From sequence record NC_073055.1: DNA of 44,488 nt; one strand, given 5' to 3'. Under the pieces are notes generated by a model. The model was given only the letters and a program-made list of their open reading frames with translations, was not told the DNA's origin and made no database searches. This document shows, one piece after another, positions 16,804 to 25,495 of the stretch. The stretch's first letter is position 1, and each line of letters starts with the position of its first letter. Origin of the DNA: Escherichia phage vB_EcoD_Opt212. A program made the translations under genes and the position numbers.

Positions 16804-16977
16804 ATGATTGAAGAAAAACGTTGTAGTAATTGCGGCTGTGTAAAGCCGCTATCCCAGTTCCACAAATACACCGGTAAGACTGCGCGCAGTCCAGACGGGT
16901 ATCGGGCAGAGTGCAAATCGTGCCGCAATAAGAAAGAGCGCGAACGGCAGCGCCGCTACCGTGCAGAACAAAAATAA
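16804..16977 (+). CDS. small zinc-ribbon protein (57 aa)
   Basis: CSNCGC...CKSCRN cysteine pairs; GAGGA RBS. Confidence 0.45.
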   Translation: MIEEKRCSNCGCVKPLSQFHKYTGKTARSPDGYRAECKSCRNKKERERQRRYRAEQK

Positions 16978-16984
16978 TTAATAC

Positions 16985-17008
16985 GGCGGGCTTGTCCCGC
17001 CATTTTTG
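16985..17008 (+). terminator. rho-independent terminator
   Basis: GGCGGG/CCCGCC stem then T5. Confidence 0.6.
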
Positions 17009-17020
17009 GGAGACATGACG

Positions 17021-17239
17021 ATGAAAGAACACTACCGACTCACCAAGCTGGGCGAATGTAAACCGGGCGATCGCGTATGGTTTATCGCGGGCATGAATGA
17101 TCCGCTGCCGTTGACGGTGTGCTGGCAAAAATTTAAGAGCTTCCGGGCTACCGGTGTGCACATCGGACACGCCACCAACTACGACGCCACAAAAAGGAAC
17201 TGGAACAGTGAAACCGAAGTCTGGAAAAAGGCGGAATAA
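17021..17239 (+). CDS. hypothetical protein
   Basis: 72 aa; GGAG RBS; alternative ATG at 17015. Confidence 0.45.
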   Translation: MKEHYRLTKLGECKPGDRVWFIAGMNDPLPLTVCWQKFKSFRATGVHIGHATNYDATKRNWNSETEVWKKAE

Positions 17240-17243
17240 AGAT

Positions 17244-18668
17244 ATGGCACGTTTCCGACGTCGCGAATATCAGAAGTTGATAACCGCGTTCATCCTCAAG
17301 CATAAGCGCTGCAATATTTGGGCGACAATGGGGTCGGGTAAAACCGGCGCGACCATGTGGGCGCTGAATAAAATGTTCCAGACTGGCATCCTGTCCAACC
17401 AGGATGACCGCGTACTGGTGCTGGCCCCGCTGCGCGTTGCGTCCGGCACATGGCCCCCGGAACAGGAGAAATGGCGCTTCCCAGCCTTGCTGGTAGTAGA
17501 CGGCACTGGGCCAGAGAAGGACCGCATCGCTGCGCTTGAGAGCGACGCTAACGTGGTTTGTATTAACTATGATGTAGTTGAGTGGCTGGTCGACTATTAC
17601 GGCGATGCGTGGCCCTTTACGGTCGTTGTTGCCGATGAATCGACTAAGCTGAAAGGCTATCGTAGCAAGCAGGGGAGCAAGCGCGCCCGCGCACTGGCAG
17701 CGATTGCACATAAACACGTCAAGCGCTGGATTAACCTTACCGGCACACCCGCACCAAACGGACTGAAAGACCTATGGGGGCAAACGTGGTTCATCGACGG
17801 CGGCGAACGCCTCGGCAGTAGCTATAAGGCATTTACCGACCGCTGGTTCATTAGCAAGCCTGTTAAGCCTGGCAGCTTCACTATGCAGCACGCTCCGCTA
17901 AAGAACTCCGAGAAAGAGATACAACAACGTCTGTCAGATGTATCCCTCACCGTTGACGCGGCGGAATACTTCGGGTGCGACAAGCCAATCTATACGCCGG
18001 TTGTTGTGGACCTGCCGAAGAAAGCGCGTAAGATTTATGACCAGTTTGAAAGCGAGCTATTTGCAGAACTGGAAAGCGGAACAGTGGAAGCGGCGAACGC
18101 GGCGTCGAAGACAATTAAGTGCCTTCAGCTTGCTTCCGGCGCGGTGTATAAGGTGGACGAAGACGGCGAACGGACCGACGAGTGGGTGAAGATTCACGAC
18201 GCGAAGCTGGACGCGCTGGAAAGTATCGTGGAGGAGTTGAACGGTGCGCCGTTGCTCGTTGCGTATCAGTATAAGCATGACCTGGCACGTCTTAAGAAGA
18301 AATTTCCGCACGGCGTTGCGTTGGGTAAAGGAAAGCAGGGCAATAAGGATATGGAAGCATGGAACAGGGGCGAGATCCCCATCATGTTTGCACACCCGGC
18401 ATCGGCGGGCCACGGCCTTAACTTGCAGGACGGCGGTCATCACCTGGCAATCTTCTCCGACACCTGGAACTTTGAACACTTTTCGCAGATCGTTGAACGT
18501 ATCGGGCCGGTTCGCCAGATGCAAGCCGGACACCCTCGACCAGTATTCGTCTACATTATCCAGGCTCGCGGGACACTGGACGAATTGGTCGCCGAGCGTC
18601 GCGACAGTAAGCGAGACATTCAGGACGACTTGATGGAATACATGAAAGCTAAGAAGGCGCGCAAATGA
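17244..18668 (+). CDS. SNF2-family (DEAD-like) helicase
   Basis: 474 aa; Walker A GSGKTG; DExx box VVADEST; LTGTPAPN motif; start moved to ATG after upstream stop. Confidence 0.85.
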   Translation: MARFRRREYQKLITAFILKHKRCNIWATMGSGKTGATMWALNKMFQTGILSNQDDRVLVLAPLRVASGTWPPEQEKWRFPALLVVDGTGPEKDRIAALESDANVVCINYDVVEWLVDYYGDAWPFTVVVADESTKLKGYRSKQGSKRARALAAIAHKHVKRWINLTGTPAPNGLKDLWGQTWFIDGGERLGSSYKAFTDRWFISKPVKPGSFTMQHAPLKNSEKEIQQRLSDVSLTVDAAEYFGCDKPIYTPVVVDLPKKARKIYDQFESELFAELESGTVEAANAASKTIKCLQLASGAVYKVDEDGERTDEWVKIHDAKLDALESIVEELNGAPLLVAYQYKHDLARLKKKFPHGVALGKGKQGNKDMEAWNRGEIPIMFAHPASAGHGLNLQDGGHHLAIFSDTWNFEHFSQIVERIGPVRQMQAGHPRPVFVYIIQARGTLDELVAERRDSKRDIQDDLMEYMKAKKARK

Positions 18669-18865
18669 CTATTGCGAAAATGACAATCTGGTCACTGTTT
18701 GACGGCAGCGGCTTTCGTATGCCAGAGAAAAAGCCTGTATTCGTTGAAAAAGGGTACTCGAAGCAGTATAGTCGCCTCGGAGGCAAATCAGCCCGCACAA
18801 AATTAATCCGGTCGCTCACTCCGCGCGGCTTCGCGATAGCGGTTAACGAGGAAAATTTAAAATGA
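18665..18865 (+). CDS. hypothetical protein
   Basis: 66 aa, ATGA overlaps. Confidence 0.45.
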   Translation: MTIAKMTIWSLFDGSGFRMPEKKPVFVEKGYSKQYSRLGGKSARTKLIRSLTPRGFAIAVNEENLK

Positions 18866-19179
18866 CATTCGAAGCCATCGATTTTTCGGTTGCAATGACT
18901 AACCAGTTATTCTCCTACGACAGCAAAACCGGCGTCATTCGTCTGAAGTCCACCGGCTGCAAAATTGGCAACCTCAATACCGCCGATGGCGGAACACGTA
19001 TCGAATACAACGGCAAGACGCTGTCTGGCGCACGCGTGGCGTGGATTATTGAGACGGGCAATACAATCCCTCCAGGCTTCGCAGTTGTGTGCCGCCAGCG
19101 CACTCCAGGGCACTACGGCAACCGCATAAGCAACCTTTATCTGGTAGACGTCGCACGCGACCCGAACTTTTATGCGTAA
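18862..19179 (+). CDS. HNH/NUMOD4-like endonuclease homologue, catalytic His not evident
   Basis: 105 aa; YDSKTGVIRLK, EYNGKTLSGARVAW, GNRISNLYLV pattern resembles phage HNH_3 proteins but DH motif replaced by CRQR. Confidence 0.45.
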   Translation: MTFEAIDFSVAMTNQLFSYDSKTGVIRLKSTGCKIGNLNTADGGTRIEYNGKTLSGARVAWIIETGNTIPPGFAVVCRQRTPGHYGNRISNLYLVDVARDPNFYA

Positions 19180-19184
19180 ATTGG

Positions 19185-19213
19185 TTGCATAATCATATTG
19201 GTTGCATTATCTT
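19185..19213 (+). promoter_or_regulatory. candidate promoter (TTGCAT-N17-TATCTT) within tandem ATTGGTTGCAT motifs
   Basis: hexamers read directly; immediately precedes a terminator hairpin, so assignment is uncertain. Confidence 0.3.
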
Positions 19214-19246
19214 AAGGGTGTTCCGAAGGGAACGCCCTTTTTTTTA
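19214..19246 (+). terminator. rho-independent terminator
   Basis: GGGTGTTCC/GGAACGCCC stem followed by T8. Confidence 0.65.
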
Positions 19247-19262
19247 ATATGAGGATTTGACG

Positions 19263-19505
19263 ATGAAACGATTCTTTTTAGATTACGACGGTGATTTGCG
19301 GTTATGGGTGTGCATGGTGCTGTTCTTATTCTTTTGTCTCCTGCTGCCGATTTCCTGCACGTATAACCTCGATAAATATGAATGCCGTATTGTCTACGCA
19401 GAACTAACAGGTCGTAACACCCAGTGGCGCTATGGCACTTGCTGGGTTGAAATGGATGGCAAATTTATACCACGCAAAGAAATTCGCATGACGGAGATTA
19501 AATAA
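19263..19505 (+). CDS. small membrane protein
   Basis: 80 aa; hydrophobic segment WVCMVLFLFFCLLLPI; GAGGA RBS. Confidence 0.5.
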   Translation: MKRFFLDYDGDLRLWVCMVLFLFFCLLLPISCTYNLDKYECRIVYAELTGRNTQWRYGTCWVEMDGKFIPRKEIRMTEIK

Positions 19506-19963
19506 TGAAAATTTTACAAGAAGAGAAAGCGTATTGGGTAGCACAGTGTCTTGAAGCCCGCGAGAAAGCGGAAGGAGCTACCGCGCTGGCAAATACCTAC
19601 CTGGCTAGCTATGAAGAAGAAGAGAAGGTCCGAAAGGAATTAGAGGAACGCTTCGAACTGCTGGGCGAACTGATTACCATTATGCAGCGCACCGGATACA
19701 CAACATCCGTATCGCTCACCCGGCTAACTGCCGATGGTCTGCGTGAGCATTGCAAACGTGCAGAAGAATACGTCCGACCGAAAGGACGCACAACGAAGAT
19801 CGACCGTAAAGACTTGGTGCTTATCGCGTGGCGAGCAAACGGCAGCTACTATTCCGATAGCCGACCGCTCAGTAGGGCGGAGCTATCCCGAGTCCAACGC
19901 GTGCTATCCAGTGGCAAGAAAACCGCCCTGTATGCGATAGATCCCGACTATGACGGAGAATGA
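19505..19963 (+). CDS. hypothetical protein
   Basis: 152 aa, coupled to flanking genes. Confidence 0.55.
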   Translation: MKILQEEKAYWVAQCLEAREKAEGATALANTYLASYEEEEKVRKELEERFELLGELITIMQRTGYTTSVSLTRLTADGLREHCKRAEEYVRPKGRTTKIDRKDLVLIAWRANGSYYSDSRPLSRAELSRVQRVLSSGKKTALYAIDPDYDGE

Positions 19964-20435
19964 GCAAAAAGATAGCTGGCGCACGCCGCCAGCTTTATTT
20001 AAACCGCTTCGTCGGAAATACCGATTCCGTTACGATATGGCGGCAAGCGACGCCAATCATCTGCTACCGCGTTACTTCACGGCGGAACACAGCGCGCTTG
20101 ATGTGGACTGGTCCGAGTTGAAAGGGTGGAAGTGGTGCAATCCGCCGTATTCCGATCCGCTGCCGTGGGTAGAGTGCGCAGCGCACGGACGCCGGACGGT
20201 CATGCTACTGAATCAGGACACGTCGACGAAGTGGGCGAAGCTGGCCAGGAAGACTGCAAACCTGATAATTCTTCTGGACTGGCGGATTAGATTCATTCAC
20301 GCCGTCACCGGCGAGGTCGGGCCGAGCAATAACAAGTGCCAGCAATTGATAATCTTTGACGAAGCGCTACCGACCGGCAGCGCAAAAATTGAAATAATGA
20401 GCGAAGGAGAACTCCTTGAATATCTTAATCGTTGA
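19950..20435 (+). CDS. DNA N6-adenine methyltransferase (phage Dam-type)
   Basis: 161 aa; WCNPPYSD catalytic motif; pattern typical of small phage Dam-like MTases. Confidence 0.8.
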   Translation: MTENEQKDSWRTPPALFKPLRRKYRFRYDMAASDANHLLPRYFTAEHSALDVDWSELKGWKWCNPPYSDPLPWVECAAHGRRTVMLLNQDTSTKWAKLARKTANLIILLDWRIRFIHAVTGEVGPSNNKCQQLIIFDEALPTGSAKIEIMSEGELLEYLNR

Positions 20436-20640
20436 CCGCAGCCTCGCGGTCGTAGACCAAATGCAAAAAGACTTCTGCATCGATCCACGCCGCGATCGTG
20501 TGCATCGCGTGTTGCGGCCTGAACACCTCCTGGGCATGGACCTTACCGGCTGGCTTGTCATAACCCGACGTTGCCATTTCGTGTGTAACTCCTTCACCGC
20601 GCGCAGCGCCCGACAGACCCTTATTGAGAGCTTAAAATGA
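20416..20640 (+). CDS. hypothetical protein (TTG start)
   Basis: 74 aa; GAAGGAGA RBS 6 nt upstream of TTG; overlaps Dam end and next gene start. Confidence 0.35.
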   Translation: MNILIVDRSLAVVDQMQKDFCIDPRRDRVHRVLRPEHLLGMDLTGWLVITRRCHFVCNSFTARSARQTLIESLK

Positions 20641-21107
20641 AACTACTGATTTGTGATCTTGATGGCGTTATTAATGGTTCGAGTGATGCACGCGCCGACC
20701 TGGTTCCGGGTATAAAAACCAAATCAACATTTTGGGCGAAGTGGCACAAAGCGCACGTACGCGAAGACCTGAACATGGATATGCTGCCGCTGCTGCGCAT
20801 GTACAAAGAGCAAGGCTTCGAGATAGCGTATCTGACTAACCGGCAGCGCGAATGCTGGGAGACAACCGCCGAGCAACTGGAGGTCTTCCCCGCAGGGCGG
20901 TTGTTTATGCGCCACATGCTGGACGACACCCCTCCGCCTGAGTTTAAGGCGTGCGCCGTGTTCAAGATGGTCTGCTATGCAGACGTGTCGGAACTGGTCA
21001 TCATTGAAGATTGCGAGAAGAACATCGCGGCAATTCGTCGGGCGTGCAGCGATCTGGTGCCGAAAATTTACGCAATAAATGTTGCAAAATTTACTTGCAA
21101 CCAATAG
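20637..21107 (+). CDS. HAD-superfamily phosphatase/nucleotidase-like protein
   Basis: 156 aa; N-terminal LICDLDGVI (DxDG motif). Confidence 0.6.
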   Translation: MKLLICDLDGVINGSSDARADLVPGIKTKSTFWAKWHKAHVREDLNMDMLPLLRMYKEQGFEIAYLTNRQRECWETTAEQLEVFPAGRLFMRHMLDDTPPPEFKACAVFKMVCYADVSELVIIEDCEKNIAAIRRACSDLVPKIYAINVAKFTCNQ

Positions 21108-21124
21108 GTTGGTTGCACTATAGT
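21095..21124 (+). promoter_or_regulatory. candidate promoter TTGCAA-N18-TATAGT overlapping palindrome TTGCAACCAAT-AGG-TTGGTTGCA
   Basis: direct reading. Confidence 0.35.
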
Positions 21125-21169
21125 TAACGCGTCGGGGCAATATGGCCCCGCGCTAATAAGGACCACATA

Positions 21170-21691
21170 ATGAAAGCATTCGAATACTGCAAAAACGCCG
21201 CCACCACTATGGAGCAGCGCGGAAAAGAAAACGGCTATGACAACGCGAAAGCAGAACGCAGCGCTAAACAGGTCGCCGCCGTGTTTAACGCGCTTACCGG
21301 GCGCGACCTTACCGAGCAAGAAGCCTGGACCTTCCTGATCTGCCTGAAGCTGGTGCGCCAGCACCGTAAGCACCAGGAAGACAATATCGTCGACCTGGTA
21401 GCGTATGCGGCCTTGCTGGGTGAGTCTTACATGACCGTGCATGATGAGATTCAGGTCGATACAACGGCAGCGCAATACGACAGCCTTAAAGGTTGGTCCA
21501 TCGCCACCGCTGGGGCGTGGCATCCTTCGGCATCTGCTGGCAAGACTGTCAAAGCCGCTAATTTCGGCGTCGTATCCCAGGACGTCCAGCCTATGGTCGT
21601 GCTCACCGGCGAAGATGGGTCCAAAATCCTTATGACGCCGGAAGACTTCCGCAACATGGAAAAAACACTGGTACGTAGCGCACTGAAATAA
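21170..21691 (+). CDS. hypothetical protein
   Basis: 173 aa; AAGGA RBS; preceded by leader hairpin. Confidence 0.55.
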   Translation: MKAFEYCKNAATTMEQRGKENGYDNAKAERSAKQVAAVFNALTGRDLTEQEAWTFLICLKLVRQHRKHQEDNIVDLVAYAALLGESYMTVHDEIQVDTTAAQYDSLKGWSIATAGAWHPSASAGKTVKAANFGVVSQDVQPMVVLTGEDGSKILMTPEDFRNMEKTLVRSALK

Positions 21692-21733
21692 TTCTAATCG
21701 CGGGCTTCGGCCCGCATCAATGAGGACCACACG

Positions 21734-22309
21734 ATGTACGGCGAATATGAAATATCCGGTAAACAATTCCACCTGGCGGCAATGATAGCAAGCATCGAGT
21801 TTGACCAATGGCGCTTAAAGTCCGACGCGTGCAAGCAAAGCCGACTGGTCGGTGTGCTGGGCGAAATGTTTGCGGGCATGTACCTTGAAGGGCAAGCAGG
21901 CGGGCGCAGTTGTATCCCGCAAGGCTTGCTCATGCGTACCGGCTTGTTCAGCGCCAATACCATCGACCGCGGCGATATCATCATGGTCGGTAAGCGCAAG
22001 GTTAAATCCGGCACCGACTTCCGCGAGCATGTGATCGATGCCGTCTGGACCTACGAGGTTAAAGCCACCAGCGGCATTCGCCGCGGACTGGTTGAGGCAC
22101 GTTGCGCTCGCGAGTATCTTGCCCGTCGAGTTGCTGGTGTTATCCTGGTGAGCGTAGATTTCGGACAACATAACGCGCACGGCGTGATTGAAGATATCGC
22201 GGAACCATACGTCATCGTTAATGACTGGCCCTTAGTGGAAGTTGAGGGCAAGGAATATTACGAAAGCCCGCTAGTACGGCGCAAAATGGACTGGGAAAAC
22301 TCAAACTAG
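21734..22309 (+). CDS. hypothetical protein
   Basis: 191 aa; GAGGA RBS; preceded by GCGGGC-TTCG-GCCCGC hairpin. Confidence 0.55.
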   Translation: MYGEYEISGKQFHLAAMIASIEFDQWRLKSDACKQSRLVGVLGEMFAGMYLEGQAGGRSCIPQGLLMRTGLFSANTIDRGDIIMVGKRKVKSGTDFREHVIDAVWTYEVKATSGIRRGLVEARCAREYLARRVAGVILVSVDFGQHNAHGVIEDIAEPYVIVNDWPLVEVEGKEYYESPLVRRKMDWENSN

Positions 22310-22343
22310 AAAAAGGGGCCGCATGGCCCCTTCTATTTATTTC
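22310..22343. terminator. bidirectional terminator between convergent blocks
   Basis: AGGGGCC-GCAT-GGCCCCT hairpin flanked by A-run and T-rich tail. Confidence 0.55.
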
Positions 22344-24502
22344 TTCAACGCCGCGATCTCGGCCTTCAAATCCTCCACCTGCTTATTGAGATATTGAACA
22401 CACCCCATCAAGTCCATTACGATCGGGTTAACGTCGATGGATGGGCGGTCCGTCATCTTCTCCCCGATCTTGTTGCCGTCTTCGTCGAGAATATCCTCGA
22501 TCGGGAACTCGTGGTGCTTAACGTACTGCGGCGCAATTAACTCCGCTTCTTCGGCGATAATACCGAAGCGCTGGCGGGCCTGCTCATCATCCTTATACAC
22601 GAAGTTAACAAGGCGCTGGCTGTTAATGCGGTCCATAGCTTCGCTTGCGTCCGCATCGGCTATATCTTTCTTATACTCGCGGCCGGATGTGCCTTGCAGC
22701 GCGATAGTCCCCGATGCGGTAGTCGGGAAGTTAAGCATAATTTCGCCGGTACGGTTCCCATCCTTACGTCGCATAAACAGGCGAAAATATCGAGTGCCGC
22801 TCTTTTCTAGTGCCGGTTCGAAGAACGTCCTACCGCCTACGACGTCGTTCGGCACGGTTTCGCCTACGGTGTAGTACGGTTCGAATGCAAATTGCAGGTA
22901 AGACCCGCGGCTTACTGCCAGGCTACCAACGACATCTGACCCTGAACTGTTCACCGTAAACTTGCCCGGCAAGGTCATCTCGCCTTTGGTGTTAAAGTCG
23001 ATGCCTGAACTCTGCGCCGTCTCCAGGTTAGTGATCGCCAGGCGGGCGTAAGTCTCACCGTCGATATTCGCACGGACGCGCAGCTTTGCTTCCGAGTGTA
23101 AAGAAGTGCCAACACGATATTCAGACACAATGCTTCCGCCGTCTGCCGTAGTGCCCGCTGGCGGTTTAGTGGCGTCGCCGTTGATTACCGACCACGACGT
23201 ATTAGCGGCGGCGAATCCGCCTGACGCTCGAATAACCCACACGCCCATGAAGTTATTGGGGCGCAACTCCGATACGGTCCGGCCATAGATCGCGTTGACC
23301 TTCGAGGCGTCCATGTTAATGATGCCGTAGGAGACTGCGCCGTTACCAACAGGTAGGTTGCCTGGCGACCGATATTGCGAAGCCGCTCCACCAGCCCCGT
23401 GGAACGCGCCACTTTCATGGTTGATAATACTTGCGGCCCCGCCGCCGTGTAATTCGACGCGGCCTGTGATGTTAGGTGCTCCTGATTCGTAGATATACCC
23501 ATCGTTGCCACTTTGCCCGCCGTCGCCCCTGCCGAACAAGCCGAATATGGACCCAGGCTGAACGCCGTTACGGTCCGGCACTCGGAAGGTAGTTGTGCCG
23601 TCACCCGTAGAATACTTGCCGCGCTGATTTGGGTTAGCCAGCCAGGTATCGTCACTAATTGGCGACAGCATTTGCGCATACGCCCACAACTCAGGCCAAT
23701 CAGCGCGGTTAAGAAGTTGCCCGTCGGATACGACTTCATAAGGCTGGATATATGCGCGGCTGTCCCGTAAATGGAAATCACCTACGCCATAGTTCATGAC
23801 GCCGTTCATTGTAGGGCCAACCGTGCCCACGTTGATAAGGTTCTGCACCCAGCGCTTTGTCGCGGCGTCGTAGTCACCTACAGGGTCGCCCGCCAATGGC
23901 GTTGCCCCGTCTGGTCGAACGTTAAGCCAGGCTTGCGGTTTGTCGGTGAGTCCTGCCAGGTTGCCGGATTTGGTTAGCAGGTTATCCGCGTTAACGCTTT
24001 GCGCCCACTCCTCGGCCTGATCGCGGAATCCCTGCGCTGCGGATTTCGATGCTTCGGCTTGCGCTGCGAGGTCGCGCATCTCAACGGGGTCTACGTTCTT
24101 AAGCAATTCCGACAGATATCCCCATGACATGCCCTGCATAACCTGCCCGTTAGGTAACGTCACTGTGATTTCTTCAGCGTCGCCGAAGATTGCACGCCAG
24201 TTGTTTTCATCTGCAATCATCAAGCGCAATGCTTTTTGCGCCTGTACGGTAACGCCCATCGTTGCCAGTGACATGGTGTCGCGCTTAACACCATCCCAAG
24301 CAAGGCCGGTTGCCGTTGGGCCGTCGAACGGCAACACCAGCGTAAGCGCCGTGTTACTTTCGATTGATGCGATCGCCACTGTGTAAGGCACTTGTCCTAC
24401 CACCAGCGTTAAGAAGTCGCCAGCTTTAAACGCGGTAAACGTTGTGCCGACTCCTACTACCGCCGTGCTATTGTTCGTTACGGATAGCGTACCCGCTGCC
24501 AT
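22337..24502 (-). CDS. side tail fibre with C-terminal intramolecular chaperone (S74-like) domain
   Basis: 721 aa; Gly-rich central region; C-terminal GTSGREYKKDI...RFGIIAEEAELIAP pattern. Confidence 0.7.
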   Translation of the reverse strand: MAAGTLSVTNNSTAVVGVGTTFTAFKAGDFLTLVVGQVPYTVAIASIESNTALTLVLPFDGPTATGLAWDGVKRDTMSLATMGVTVQAQKALRLMIADENNWRAIFGDAEEITVTLPNGQVMQGMSWGYLSELLKNVDPVEMRDLAAQAEASKSAAQGFRDQAEEWAQSVNADNLLTKSGNLAGLTDKPQAWLNVRPDGATPLAGDPVGDYDAATKRWVQNLINVGTVGPTMNGVMNYGVGDFHLRDSRAYIQPYEVVSDGQLLNRADWPELWAYAQMLSPISDDTWLANPNQRGKYSTGDGTTTFRVPDRNGVQPGSIFGLFGRGDGGQSGNDGYIYESGAPNITGRVELHGGGAASIINHESGAFHGAGGAASQYRSPGNLPVGNGAVSYGIINMDASKVNAIYGRTVSELRPNNFMGVWVIRASGGFAAANTSWSVINGDATKPPAGTTADGGSIVSEYRVGTSLHSEAKLRVRANIDGETYARLAITNLETAQSSGIDFNTKGEMTLPGKFTVNSSGSDVVGSLAVSRGSYLQFAFEPYYTVGETVPNDVVGGRTFFEPALEKSGTRYFRLFMRRKDGNRTGEIMLNFPTTASGTIALQGTSGREYKKDIADADASEAMDRINSQRLVNFVYKDDEQARQRFGIIAEEAELIAPQYVKHHEFPIEDILDEDGNKIGEKMTDRPSIDVNPIVMDLMGCVQYLNKQVEDLKAEIAALKK

Positions 24503-24522
24503 AGCTAAATCCTCGTAATTGG

Positions 24523-24550
24523 TTGCAATCCTGGCTGAGCGGTGTAATAC
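24523..24550 (+). promoter_or_regulatory. candidate promoter (TTGCAA-N16-TAATAC) for lipoprotein gene
   Basis: overlaps ATTGGTTGCAA motif in divergent region. Confidence 0.3.
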
Positions 24551-24581
24551 TAAAACTCAACCAAATATAGGGGATGATACC

Positions 24582-24800
24582 ATGAAAACTTTAATTATGA
24601 TTTGTGCGGTTCTTTTGTCCGGTTGCGCCGACATGCCCGCTAAAGTCTGCGACGCCACATACCAGAATAGCGGCATGGATTATGTGGTCCCTGTGTATGG
24701 TGTTGCGGACTTCTCCGGGCATAAAATGCTAAGGGCGGGTTATCCGTTTAGCTTCCAGTACGTGTCGGTAGACCATTTCAAAAACACCACCTGCGAATAA
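24582..24800 (+). CDS. lipoprotein (candidate Cor/Llp-like superinfection exclusion protein)
   Basis: 72 aa; signal peptide with lipobox LLSGC; opposite strand, embedded between tail fibre and tail genes. Confidence 0.55.
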   Translation: MKTLIMICAVLLSGCADMPAKVCDATYQNSGMDYVVPVYGVADFSGHKMLRAGYPFSFQYVSVDHFKNTTCE

Positions 24801-24820
24801 TCCCCGAAAGGGGATTTTCT

Positions 24821-25495
24821 TCAATCATAATTGGCCGTGTTAATCGCCATAATCGCGTTGCCGTTGTTAGTATACCCCACCACACCCCCCGTGGCGTTCC
24901 CCGACGACGCTGCCGATATACGCGTTCGCGACCCATCAAATCTGGCCCCCGTGTACGCCGTTACCGATATTACTTGCGGCTGGCCCTGCACAAAAAACCG
25001 GATCAGCGTAGACCCCAATATGCCCGGAGCGACGGCGTAGCTGCCATTTAGCGTCTGGTCAATGTTAATCCCCCCGTTAGCGCCTGGCGATCCGACGGTA
25101 ACTAAATCGCTTAGTACGCGACTCTCATTAGTAAGCACTAGCTTCCCCGTCTTATCCCAAATAGCGAAGCCCCACCGCGGAAGGGTCTGTGGGAATATGG
25201 CAAAGATGTAAGCCGTCATCGTGAAGCCTTGCCCGAATGGATTGCTGGCGCTCACCTTCACCACATTACCAACGCGAGAAGACCCTACGACGGTCGGCCG
25301 GGCGGTGTGCGTAGTTTTCACAAACGCTATTGCAGGGTAGTCACCACCCAAATTAATATCGGCAGCCGCCGACTGCGCAGTGCCGTTAGCCGAAGACCCA
25401 ACAACCACACGGCGGAATAGACAAAACGGCGTCGATTCTGGTGTGATAAACGGGTTGCCGTTTGGTAAGTCAATCAACGCGCCGTAATTAGCCAT
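24821..25495 (-). CDS. hypothetical tail-associated protein
   Basis: 224 aa; Gly/Ser/Thr-rich; coupled downstream of gpJ-like gene. Confidence 0.5.
   Translation of the reverse strand: MANYGALIDLPNGNPFITPESTPFCLFRRVVVGSSANGTAQSAAADINLGGDYPAIAFVKTTHTARPTVVGSSRVGNVVKVSASNPFGQGFTMTAYIFAIFPQTLPRWGFAIWDKTGKLVLTNESRVLSDLVTVGSPGANGGINIDQTLNGSYAVAPGILGSTLIRFFVQGQPQVISVTAYTGARFDGSRTRISAASSGNATGGVVGYTNNGNAIMAINTANYD

Noticed and set aside
20367-21808. minus-strand ORFs (76-246 aa) across the Dam/HAD/21170 gene region
   Set aside because: Antisense to a coherent plus-strand operon with good RBSs; Arg-rich junk-like translations.
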